A program made the position numbers and the translations under genes. Below are positions 41,119 to 53,224 of a DNA stretch of 64,000 bases, piece after piece. Source of the DNA: Eledone cirrhosa (lineage: Eukaryota); NCBI GenBank assembly GCA_964016885.1, contig OZ024743.1, positions 365,366,001 to 365,430,000 on the forward strand. The letters run 5' to 3'. Positions within the stretch are counted from its first letter, which is position 1; each line of letters begins with the position of its first letter. The notes beneath the pieces were generated by a model. The model made no database searches. It was not told where the DNA came from and saw only the letters and a program-made list of their open reading frames with translations.

Positions 41119-41336
41119 GAAGGCGTGTGGCTGAGTGGTTAGAGAATTGGATTCACAATCTTGAGGTTGTGAGTTCGAGTCCTGGACCGGTCGATGCGTT
41201 ATGTCCTTGAGCAAGGCACTTTATTTCACGTTGCTCCTTCTACCTGGAGTTGCGACCGATAGATAGTACTAGCAACTGGAAAGACCAATGGAAACATTGT
41301 TTCCTCGGTCCGATTTGACGAAAGTCGATCGATCCT
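41119..41336 (+). mobile_element. tRNA-derived CORE-like SINE
   Basis: A-box TGGCTGAGTGG, B-box GTTCGAGTCC, TGTCCTTGAGCAAGGCACTTTA; partial copies at 19100 and 45370. Confidence 0.8.
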
Positions 41337-41481
41337 CATATATATATATATATTTATATATATATACATATATATATGGGCCTTCAATTTCATTTTACCA
41401 TATATATACATGTCTGTGTATATTTTAATTATTTTAAAATTAATTTTAAGTGATCGTGACCCAACGGGTCACGGAGGTCTA

Positions 41482-41583
<102 letters not shown>

Positions 41584-42084
41584 ATGTATGCATGTATGTG
41601 TGTATGTATGTAGGTATGTATGTATGTATGTATGTAGGTATGTATGTATATTCTTCACTTTGGATATCGTATGTGATAACAGCGATTGTTAAATGGTGAA
41701 ACATTTAGCTTACAATGTTGCTGCTGCTGCTGCTATCATCCTGGTAATGATAGAAATTGATGTTTCTGTTTTACTTGATAGATGCGAAAGAAAACCAGAA
41801 TAGTTGTTTATGACAGCATTAACAAAATAAAATACAGTTATTACCGAAATAACTAGCATTGGTGCAATTGTTTTTGGTTATATGAAAGTATTGACATTCA
41901 TTTCTAGGAGAGGCCCAAGACCTAAAATCTTGAAGAATTGAGGATATACTCTATTAAATTGACCTAAGTTCTTAACTGATATTTATATTATCGACCCCCA
42001 GAATAATAAAAGATAAATCAGTGAGATTTGAACTCAGAACAGAATGTACTTAACTAAATACGGCAAATACGAGGTCCTATATGT

Positions 42085-42300
42085 TTGGATTGTCAGGATT
42101 AGTAGAACGTTAGATTAAATACCATTACGACATTTGTTCTAAACTCTTACATTCTAAGCTCAAACACTGCCGAGGTCAGTTTTGCCTCTCATTGTTCCGG
42201 GGTCGATGAAAATAAATCACCAGTAAAGTACTGGAGTTAATTTGATTAACTTTGTCCTTCCTCCCAAATTTTGTGGCCTTGTACCTAAATTAGAAAGCAA
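42085..42300 (+). mobile_element. older Meta/MESC-like SINE copy
   Basis: GCCGAGGTCAGTTTTGCCTCTCATTGTTCCGGGGTCGATGAAA…TGGCCTTGTACCTAAATTAGAAA. Confidence 0.6.
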
Positions 42301-42506
42301 TATTGAACAAAACTGACGAAAACCAATGGTTTTAAAATCGGAAACGAAGTTTTGTTCCCCTTATATTTATAAAGAAGCAATTTATTCTACAAGATCGTAA
42401 ACAAAACAAGGGAAGACTCCTAATTTTAAATAATATCGACACATAAACTTTTTTGAAACATTCTATTTCTTTTAACCTATTATATCAGTTGAGAGGATTA
42501 GTAGTG

Positions 42507-42576
<70 letters not shown>

Positions 42577-43041
42577 CAACACTCAGTCACAAATTATCTA
42601 TCTCTATATATGTGATTGTGTGTATGTGTGTACGTCTGTGCACGCATGTATGCATTTGTGTGAACGTATGACAAATGCACTTATAGTCATGCACACAGAA
42701 TATTTTACACACCAGACCTATGTACATACATATATAGTTAAACGTATAGTCAGAATAGTAAACTCGCGCATACTCACATACCTCTGCATCAAATTCTTTG
42801 AAATCTTTACAGTCCGGTCTGCTGTCAAAGAGACAGACGTGACAAACTTCTGCGAGACTGGGGGGATTGAATACTCTGAGAACAAATAAAAAAGCCGTTA
42901 AAATGTACTTAGTTGACATGTATATATTCCTCAATTCTACCATCTGTGAGATGGGGTTTATATATTTTACGGTGCGGTGTGGAAGCTGATGATATACAAC
43001 CGTTTGATAAATGACTCATGCCTGCGCGCGCTTACGCACAC

Positions 43042-43108
<67 letters not shown>

Positions 43109-43242
43109 ATATATGTATGTGTGTGTGTATGTGTGTACATACAAACATTATATATATATATATAAATAAAGTACCAGTAATGCACTGGGTATTTGCTGAC
43201 CTTGTGCCAAAAGTAGAAACAATTATATATATATATATATAT

Positions 43243-43299
<57 letters not shown>

Positions 43300-43303
<4 letters not shown>

Positions 43304-44870
43304 CAAGAAATCAAAGAACGCCTATATACTCAAACAATTTTTATTCACTGACAATATTTCACCCATACCGTGGGGCAGGAATCATCAGAGCGTTATAAAC
43401 AAAAATATAGTGTTGAATATAAGCTCAACCAAGCTATTGGTGGACATATGAAAGCGGTTGGATTACCATCTACGGACGATCTACATGTGTTATGACTTCT
43501 CGCCAAATACGCCTTAAACAGCGACTAAACCATGTTTGTTATGTATTGATTGCTTCAGCTTGTTTATGCATTGACCCCGCTTTGCCTGTATGTTGGCTTC
43601 TATCGGTGTTCTACCTATCCCTATGCAAGCTTAACACCTCTTATCCATGTAGTTCCATACCCTACTGATATACCCTGATTGTGCATACTATGGGGGAGAT
43701 TAAAATCCTATTTGGACTTTCTTAAGATACCGTAAGGGTCTCATGGTATTTTTCTATGTGACACCCCAGTGTGATGCCGAGTCCAGCATCGCAGGGAATT
43801 CTGTATGAATTATTTCTCTGGATCATGTTGATACGAAAGGCTCCTGTGTAGGATACCCAATAGCGGCGTTATCCTCTCTCCCCGTAGAGAGGCATCAGAT
43901 GTATGATGGCCTGAATTTAATGATTGATAAATCAGGGATCATTAATAGTTTTTTTTATTTTTTATTCTTGAGTGCACCTCTAGTGAGTGTTATATGGTTG
44001 CTGTTGAGTAATCGAGTTCGTAACTTGCCATTTAAAACACTAGCTATACTACCATGACATATCGAACTTGCCCACCAAGAGGGAGGTCGGGATCCTGCTG
44101 GGCTAGGATCCTTCCCATTACGGTGATTTGGGTCACACCTTATTCGTGGTGAAATGAAACTTATGTGATAAACATTCTAATTTTGACTATTGTGATGTTC
44201 GTAGGCCCTGTGATTCCCCTATGAACCCATAGTTAGGGCAGATACGACCTATGACTCTAAGTCATGTGAAATTAATTTGCCTTACCTTCCTCCTATGGTG
44301 CATAGTGCATGTGTCATTTAATTACTTCTGTGTACATTCACTTGCATCTGTTTCTTGTTTGATACTCTATGACTCTAAGTCATGGAAAACTAACTCACCT
44401 GTCTTCTATAGTGACCAATGCATACCTTCTTTTGTTGCTTTTGTGTGCCTTCACATGCCTCAATTTCTTTTTCTCTCTTTTTTAATTATCTTTAATTGCT
44501 TTTAATTGCTTTTGTGTAACCTCACATGCCTCAGTTTCTTGTGAGAAAATCTGCTTGTATTCTCATATGTTGCTATAATGTTGACTAACAACCCCATTAC
44601 ACATCTCTCCATCCTTCTCATCTCCAATCTCCCTCTTATTATCCTGTACTGTATCTCTACTGTTCTGGTGACTAAGCTTGGCAGAGCTTATATTCAACTC
44701 TATATTTTTGTTCATAACCCTCTGATGATTCCTGCCCCACGGTATGGATGAAACATTGTCAGCGAATAAAAATTGTTTGAGTATATAGGCGTTCTTTGAT
44801 TTCTTTTATCTATAACGGCTCTACTTTTGTACATTGAGCTAATAGGATACTGTCACAAATACGACACTGT
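43300..44870 (+). mobile_element. PLE-like element remnant with inverted terminal arms, each carrying a hammerhead
   Basis: 43300-43435 is the reverse complement of 44673-44810; hammerheads at 43346-43392(-) and 44718-44764(+); no ORF inside. Confidence 0.7.
44718..44764 (+). ncRNA. type-I hammerhead ribozyme (second copy at 43346-43392, minus)
   Basis: c(c/g)ct-CTGATGA-ttcc-tgcc-ccac-ggta-tggat-GAAA-catt-GTC-ag(c/t)g, then AATAAA; two-copy consensus stem I is CGCT/AGCG. Confidence 0.72.
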
Positions 44871-44946
44871 GCAGGTGTGCTTATGCACATATGCTCCGTT
44901 GTCTACGTAAATTATATATATATTTATATATATATATATACATATA

Positions 44947-45088
44947 TGAACAAATTAAACAAAACAAACAGGATACCAAAATACAAAGTCTTGTTAGGAT
45001 CACGCCTAGGAGCTTTACTTCCTCCTAAGCGTGATCCTAACAAGACTTTGTATTTTGGTATCCTTGTGTTTGTTTTGTTTTTGTTCAA
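44947..45088. repeat. fold-back with arms of about 68 bp next to (TA)n
   Basis: …AAAGTCTTGTTAGGATCACGC.TAGGAG / CTCCTA.GCGTGATCCTAACAAGACTTT…. Confidence 0.88.
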
Positions 45089-45200
45089 CTATTTTCCCAC
45101 GTTTACGCGGCCCGCCTGCCGTTTGAACCTGGATAATTACCGGAACATGGATTACGGAGGATTAGCATGGATTGCCGGACTATTGAACTGCTTTTGCACT

Positions 45201-45305
<105 letters not shown>

Positions 45306-45682
45306 AGCTCTCTCTCTAGCTCTGTCTTCTTCTTCTTCTTCTTCTTCTTCTTCTTTCACGAAGCTGCCAGAAGTTTGCGACCAGTAGATAGTATCAACAA
45401 TGGAAAGACGACCAACGGAAACATTGTTTCCATGGTCCGATTTGACGGGATCTACTCTACTTGGTAATCGAATGAGGTCTGTGATCTTGTCGATCGATCA
45501 GAGCGAGATCGATATGCACCTCTACGTGTGTCAATGCATGTGATAGCTAGACGGATGTAGTGGAAGGTAGATAACTGAAATAAGTGAACAGATAGTATGA
45601 CATATAGTTGAAGGAAACGACAAAACAAAGATACAAAATATCTTATTAATTTCACGCTTTACATGGAAAAGGGGAAAGAAAG

Positions 45683-45715
45683 TTCGACGTATCGGGCTTT
45701 AGCCCTTCTTCAGAA

Positions 45716-45716
<1 letters not shown>
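45683..45716 (-). ncRNA. minimal PLE-type hammerhead with a core mutation (GAAA to GATA)
   Basis: ttt-CTGAAGA-a-gggc-taaa-gccc-GATA-C-GTC-gaa. Confidence 0.55.
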
Positions 45717-45754
<38 letters not shown>

Positions 45755-45807
45755 TGCGCAGCTATGTGCGAGTGCTAAAAAGCACGTCATGTAAAGAAAA
45801 TCAACTA

Positions 45808-45995
45808 TAATAATTGTTTCTACTTTTGGCACAAGGCCAGCAATTACCCAGTGCATTATTGGTACTTTGTTTTATCGACCCCGTAAGGATGAAAGGCAAA
45901 GTTACCTTCGGCGGGATTTGAACTCAGAATGGCCGTCACTCTATGAGTTAAAGCATGGTGTCCGACCCTCTACCGATATTGCCAATCCACCGCCC
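45808..45995 (-). mobile_element. tRNA-derived SINE with Meta/MESC-like domain
   Basis: Similar to 36155-36344 and 47237-47416. Confidence 0.8.
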
Positions 45996-46310
45996 CTAAA
46001 ATCAACTATAATAATAACCAATGTTTGTATATTTATTTATATATTTATATATTTATCAGTTACTCACTGAAAAGGAGATGGCTGCGGAAGGACAGAGGTG
46101 GTGACAAACTATAGAAAACAGTGACCAGCGACACTTGTGTGAATGTATGTGCGTGAGTATATGTGCGTTTATATCACTTGTGTGAGTGTATGTGTGATGT
46201 GTGGATATATTTATACTTGTGTGAGTGCATGTGTGTTTCTGTGTTTATATATTCATACATATAAATGTATCCATATGTTCACCAATATATTATCTTTGTT
46301 ATCTATGGTC

Positions 46311-46496
46311 GGGTGGAGGATTGGCAGTGTCGGTAGAGAGTCGGACGCCATGCTTTCCAGCAAAATTACGTCCCTTTACGGTCTGAGTTCAAATCCCGCC
46401 GAGGTTAACTTTGCCTTTCATCCTTACGGGGTCGATAAAATAAAGTACCAGTAATGTACTGGGATAATTGCTGGCCTTGTGCCTAAAGTAGAAACC
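46311..46496 (+). mobile_element. tRNA-derived SINE with Meta/MESC-like domain
   Basis: A-box-like TGGCAGTGTCGG, B-box GTTCAAATCC, TTGCCTTTCATCCTTACGGGGTCGATAAAATAAAGTACCAG. Confidence 0.8.
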
Positions 46497-46823
46497 GTTA
46501 TCTATGGTAGTTTCAGATAGTTTATCCATATACAATTATTAAACTAAAAACTTGTTTTTTTTTTAACCCATTTAATACCTAAAATACTACAATCAGCAGA
46601 CATTTTTGACGGCACGGGGCCAGTTAGAAATAGAAATAATACTGAACAGATCATATAACAGTGAAATGACGGAAGAAAAACATTAAAACTAAATAAAAGA
46701 TAATTGAGGCGGTGAAAGATTTACCAGAGTTTAATAATCAACAACAAAATCTAATGTGAAAGAATACACCATTAGATGTAAACATTTAAGTAAACAACTC
46801 TGATAGGAAGATTGATTAATTCA

Positions 46824-46864
<41 letters not shown>

Positions 46865-47236
46865 GCATATATATATATATATATATATATAATTATAAAT
46901 ATACATAAATATATGTGTGTATATGTATGTATGTATGTGTATATGCATGTGATAGGCATATATATATATATGTAAATGTAACCACACATGTGTGGTCGAT
47001 ATTTCTTTGTTTTTTTGTTGCTTTTTTGGGGGGGTGGGGTTTCTTCATCCTTGTTCGTTGTGTTTCGTCCCGGATAGCTATCCAAGTATAGCTATTAATG
47101 CACAGTGGTGAATAGTCCTGTCTTTAATGCATTCGACACTATAAATATCCACAGAAGACACCTGACGAGCCGAAATTATCCTTGTATTTGTGTCTTCCGT
47201 GTTATCACCCACGTGTTTTTTTTAATGATAATAAAA

Positions 47237-47416
47237 ATAATTGTTTCTACTTTTGGCACAAGGCCAGCAATTACCCAGTACATTACTGGTACTTTATTCT
47301 ATCGACCCCGGAAGGATGAAAGGCAAAGTTAACCTCGGCGGGATTTGAACTCAGACCATAAAGGGCCGTAACTCTATGCTGCAAAGCATGGTGACCGACT
47401 CTCTACCGATACTGCC
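47237..47416 (-). mobile_element. SINE of the same family whose first ~10 nt are replaced by a Tx1-like LINE 3' end
   Basis: Ends at …ACCGATACTGCCAA and is followed directly by the LINE tail. Confidence 0.8.
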
Positions 47417-50400
47417 AAAAGATTTCATTTATTGGCCACAAGGGCCGACATGTTGGGTACAATACAAAGACACGGACAGTGGGGGTATACAATAAAGTCG
47501 AGTAAAAGTGCACAATGGCAAGACTAATTTAACAATGAAGATATAAATATATAAAATAAACTATGCATAAATATAACAAAATAAATTCCCCTGTAGGGGG
47601 GGGGGGGCGACTCAGGGGTGACTCAGGTACCCCACCAATCCTGAACCACCCTGCGCTTCTAGGGCACACGGGCCATTCTCACCATATTCATCTACCTTTT
47701 AGTAAATGTACTGGGGAGCAGCACTTCTCTCTCCACCCTCACCTTCCTTTCCAGGTGAAACTTGAAAAAGTTGATGAGGGATTGGCCGAAGAGAAAAGTG
47801 TCTGTCTTCAGTCCTTTCAACCTGGTCCACCATACAACCTCTTTTGCAACTGCCACCAGACAGAGGAAAATTGCCTGCTCTTCGTGGCCAAAGGAAGGCG
47901 GTGGGTCGATCTTCACTATGGATTCGGCCAATAGCAGGATCCGTTCTATACGCGACAATAGCTGTTCGACATAACTCCACAAGTCAGTAATGCACGGACG
48001 TTGGACAAGTGCGTGCAGAACGGTTTCGTCGCTCTGTGTGCATCTCGGCAGGTCCGCCTGACAGCACTTCCGTGTTTGTAGAGTTCATCACGAACCGGCA
48101 GTGCCCTCCGGTAGCACTGCCAAGCGAAGGATTTCTGGAAATTGCCCATCGTCCTCGGCTCGAAAATCCTCCGGAACAGACTGGTCAGTTCGACTTCGTC
48201 GAGGCCCAAAGCTTCTCCGATTGCGTCATCGCACTTGCCCACCACTAATCCTCTATAGAAATCGAGAGTGGAAGTTCCACTGATCGCATTGTCCGCTTGG
48301 TAGAGGGCAGTGAGTGCCTGGCAATATTCTAGATGCCAGTCACTCAGTCTTGGTTTCTTCTTGACCCAGGACTGCAGCTCAGTCAAAGAAACGAGCTGTT
48401 CACCGTTTAGGCAGAATATCTGGAGATGTCGCAGCCTAAGCGCATGTCTGCGTATCATTAGCCACGGCATGCTCATCCCTCCGCGGATAGGGTGCTAGCA
48501 GCAGATGGACCGCCTCACCAACTGGACTTGTCCTCTCCACAAGAATTTGAAGAGGAGCCGTTCCAACTTGGCGAGGCACGGACGGGGGCAAGGCACGACA
48601 GGTCAGGTGGTAGATGACGGACGCGATATACGCATTCGCCACCTCCGCGCGATCTCTCAGTGATATCTTCCTCGCAGCCCATTTCTGGGTGAGACTGACT
48701 ACCCTGCTCGTTACCTCGTCCCAATTCTTTTCCACCTGGAGGTCTGATCCGAACCAAACCACGAGCAACTTTACCGGTCCGTCCGTCCAGCGCCCCACGT
48801 CGCTGTTGGACGGCATGGACTTTCCTCTCCAGGTGCCGAGCTGCATACCCACCGACATTTCCGGGTTAAGTTTGGCTCCTGTCAACTTTCATATTCCTTC
48901 AATAAGGTGCCGACCACCTCGATTTCCGAGGTGTCCGACACCATCAGGGTGATATCGTCCGTATAAGCCGACACAGCATTTCCACGTACCGGTTCGAGCG
49001 GGATGCCCTGCAACAGCTCCAGCTTCCGAAGTAAAGGCTCGAGATACAATACGTACAGAAGGGAAGAGAGAGGGAACCCTTGACGGACCGATCGGGAGAG
49101 CCGAAACGGTTCCGAGAGGTGGCCATTAACTTTGACCACCAAGCAGGTGCCGCTGTGCATTGCAGCGATCCAGCTTCTGAAGACAGGGCCGAAGCCAGCT
49201 GCTTTTGATACAGATGGTCGACCAGATCGAATACTTTCGATTGATCTAAATTGATCAGTGCCCCACCAAAGCCAGGTTTGCACCCTACCCTCTCTCTGAT
49301 GTATCGCATGAGGTGGAGTTTGTCGTGTATGGACCTAGCTGGAACTGCGCAAATTTGCGCCTCCCCAACCAAATCCTTGACAAGTGCCAATCTGTTTGCT
49401 AACACCTTGGCCAAAATCTTAAACTCTGTATTGTGCAGAGTAATGGGACTGAAGTTGTCTAATGTATCCCTCTTGTTCTCATCTTTCCTTATCACCGTCA
49501 CCACTCCCCTGCTCACAGAACTGGGAATACTACCATTCTGCTGCCAGTTGCAGTAAAGGGCTTCGAGGAGTTCGGAGAACAAGTCTGGCATATTTACGTA
49601 AAGCTCGTAGGGCAGGCCATCCAAACCGGATGACTTGCGCCTCAAGGGCGTCCTGAATTTCGGCTGAAGTAATCGGCCTTTCGCAGCGCTCAGCGTCGAC
49701 CGTCGAGATGCGCGGCAAGCCGTCAAGGTAGGGAATGAAATCCGCTACTGTCTCAGATCCGCCACTCTCCCCGAACAACCGAGCAAAGTGCTCGCGAAAG
49801 GCCTCACACATCCGCTTGGAATCGCCTATCCCGTGTCCGTCTCGGTCCGCCAAAGACCGAATTGTGGTTTTATTACCACGCTGCGCCTCCGCCACGCGGG
49901 CCCATCGAACAGCTTTGGTTCCCTCGTTTCTCAGTGCACGCGCCTTAGCTCTGACAATGCAACCTTCGTGCTTCGCATTGAAGAAATGGTCTAATGCCAT
50001 TCTCGCCGCTAGCACATCCGTTACAATGCCACTACAAATAACCTCGTCTAACTTATCTACTAGTTCCCCCTCCTTTCTATTTTTCTCTAACGCTAGTTCT
50101 TTGCTCAACCCTATCGAAGTTACTCTAATATCTCTTTTGAGTTGTCGTTGACGATACCCCCTGTCAACTTTTGCTTAACTAAATTGTTGACTCGGTCCCT
50201 GTAAGCCTTACGTGTCGGAAATGACATGTTCAGCTTCCAGTAACCCGGTCCTAACTCACGCATTTTATCTAGGTCGACTATACAGATCACAAATTTGTGA
50301 TCTGAACGACCGTTTTAAAGAGTGGGCAGCCTACTCTATTTCTATCTATTTTCCTAATGAAGATCCTGTCTAAATACGATCTAGATGACCCTATGTGGTT

Positions 50401-52889
50401 GGTCTACATCCCCATTGGGGAAATTTAGTCGGTACCTGTCAGACAGTTGGAACTAGCTGATTAGGTGCTTGAGGCTTTTGCACCTCCAGCTCCTATCAGC
50501 TACTCCCACACAATCCCAGCTTGCGTCTAAGATGCCGTTCCAGTCACCCGCTAACAGTAATGGGCGAGACGTACCCAGAAAGATTTCCAGGCATCTAAAG
50601 AAGTCCCGTCGTCCGGTCCCTGTAGGAGCGTAGACGGCTTGCAGTTTAAAGGCACCACCTTCGATATTGCTCATACCCAGGACCAACAACTTACCGTCCG
50701 GGTCCCGGAAGATCGACCTTACTTCGAGATCCAGGCCTTTCCTAAACAGTATTGCTACCCCACCTCCCATTCCCGGCCTGCTAACAGATGCGAATATCTG
50801 ATAGTCGTCGGAAATGGGGGCTAGTGCGCGCGTGTCGGAAATCCTGGTCTCGCTGACGGCAATCATATCCATTTCCAGAGATCTGAGGTCGTTGAACAGG
50901 CGACCCTGCTTCCAGGGTGACCCCAGGCCACGAACATTTAGACTATATACTCTTAATATGGCCATGTTGGCAAGCTAAACGAGATAGGGTAGGTTTATTT
51001 ATCTCCCGGGGTCTTGTGAAGGTCGGGTGGTTCGACCTCCATGGTTGGTGGGTTTCTTTTTGGAACCCCTTTAAAAGTCTCGATGTGGGTTTCACGTTCG
51101 GGGTTCTTGAGGAAAGCTCTCTCGAATTTCTTGTAGGAATCGAGTGACATTCGCACCAGAAATAAATCTTCTGGCACGCAAAGTGTGCTCAATTCAAAGA
51201 CTCCCCCCTCTGCTTGAATGTCTTCGCTTCGTGCTAAGAGGGCCATCAATTTATCGTTGGCCCTTCTCACAAGCACGAAGTTTTTTATGTTTGCTTGGTG
51301 TGGTTTTATTTGTTTTCGTTTTGGTGACTGTGGTGGTGATGATTTTGGTGGTGTTGTTTCGGGTATGTCTGTGTTTGTTGTAGGTGTGGTGTCTGCAATT
51401 TCAGGTGTCTGTGTGTTTATTTCTTCTTGTGTTTGTTTAGGTTGTTTACGTTTCGAGGATTGTGGGGGCTGGTTTTGATTTTGATGTTGATGTTATTGGG
51501 GAAGTGTTTGCGTTAGTGGTGTCTGTATTTTTTGTTGTGTATGTTTTTGCGTTTTGTGGGGGCTTTTTTGTGAGTTGTCTCTTTTGTTTTTTGGCACTTT
51601 GGGGTTTTCCTTCATCTTCACTGCTGGAAGACAAAGGGTCTGTGGTTGTGAGTGTATATGTGTCTGCGTGTGCATTTATGGTTTTGTCTATGTGTATAAT
51701 TGGAGGGGTAGGAGGAGTGGGAGAGCTTTCTTCGTTTCCCCCTTGGGTTGGTTTCGGTGCTGGTGGTGGTCCGGCTGTTTTTGATGTTGGTGGGGTTACC
51801 CGTGTCATTGTTGGTGTTGCTTTTGGTGTTGGTGGTGCAGCTTTCCGTGCTGACACTAGCGTTGGCAACAAAGGAGGTTTGCGACCCCCTGCATTTTTGA
51901 GCTGAGGGCAGAAGGCTTGCAGATGCGTTGCTTCCACGCAGACGAAGCAATGCGGCCTTCCTCCCTCAGTGATTAATTGGATTGTTGTCCCTCCTACAGG
52001 CGAGGAAAATCCGGAATGTTGTTGAGGTCCTCTGGTTTCATTTGGAGAAGAATCTCTAAATCCATTCCGGACCAGTCCTCTCTCTCTGTCCTTTTGATAT
52101 CCAGGAGGGTAGTGTCTGTTCCCTCCTCGATTACGCATCCCAGGAGCCACCATATGTTCATTCCTGGTGGGACCCTAGGAATGCGGACCTTTACTGTCCT
52201 TTTGCCGATGTAGGACGGGGGCATGATAATGCGTTCCGTTCTGCAGGGGGTCACTGAGTGCTTAATAGCAAGGGCCTCGGTTTTGAACAGTACCGAGATG
52301 GTACCGAACTGCTTGGCCCTTGCTTTGTACTCGATGTCACTTCCGACTTTAAAGCAGCCTCGACATCTGCTTGGCTGGCGAGTTCCACTTTGCATGTCTG
52401 CACTGAAATTCATCGAAAGTATACTGTCCTCCTTTGCATGGCTGCTATTGCCTCGTTCGGCATAGTTAGGTTGACCCAGGACTTCTCTCGTTTAATTAAC
52501 CTCCACACCTGGGTCAACTGTTGTTCCTTATCTCTGATATCTACATTGAAGAAGCGCTTTGTTTTCGCTGCGGCCGCTGCAAAGGTGGCGCCTCCGTTGT
52601 TCTGGTTGTTGGTGTTGTCGTTCTTGCTGTTGTTGTTGGTGTTGTTGTTGTTGTTGTTTTGTTTGTTGCTGTTGTTACCGTTATTAGTGTTTATATTGAG
52701 GCTGTTGGTGTTATTGTCGTTGTTTTTCTTGGTTGTTGTTGTGGTGGTGGTGGTGGTGGTGGCGGTGGTGGTGGTAGTAGTGGTGTTGTCGTTTTGAGAT
52801 GGTACTGCTACTATCACAGAAGGGAGTGGTTGTGATGGTAATTCTTGTTTTATTTTTACATTTCAGTGGAGTGAACGACAGACATGTCT

Positions 52890-52929
<40 letters not shown>

Positions 52930-53208
52930 ACATGGTGGGAGCTATAGTGGCTGTTGTTTACCTTTTGACCTGTACATTATTTGCCGTTTCAAGGTCGAAC
53001 ATTTCCATATTTTGGGGGTGGAAGCGAATTTTTCGAAGTTTTTAAAAATAAATCTGGATATTCGAGCTTAAAGCCCGAATATTGAGAGGTCTCCCTTCCT
53101 TGGACCCAAGCTGGGTACCTTATGCTTCGTTATCGACAAGAAAATTCAAAAAATGATACTTTAAAACAGCTTCTCCCGCAGACTTGTAACGTCTTCACAC
53201 ATGCGGTC
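47417..53208 (-). mobile_element. full-length but decayed Tx1/L1-clade LINE, copy 1 (ORF1, APE, RT)
   Basis: SLNVRGL, AVSETR, VYAP, GDWN, GLDGLPYELY, PITLHNTEFKILAKVLANRL, VRQG, AYTDD; ORF1 with C..C....H....C; AATAAA near 47430; many frameshifts. Confidence 0.9.
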
Positions 53209-53224
53209 AATAATAATAAGAATA

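Noticed and set aside
47153-47197. gaagacac-CTGACGA-gcc-GAAA…gtgtcttc hammerhead-like string
   Set aside because: Good stem I but stem II is absent and stem III and the cleavage triplet do not fit; at best a deleted relic
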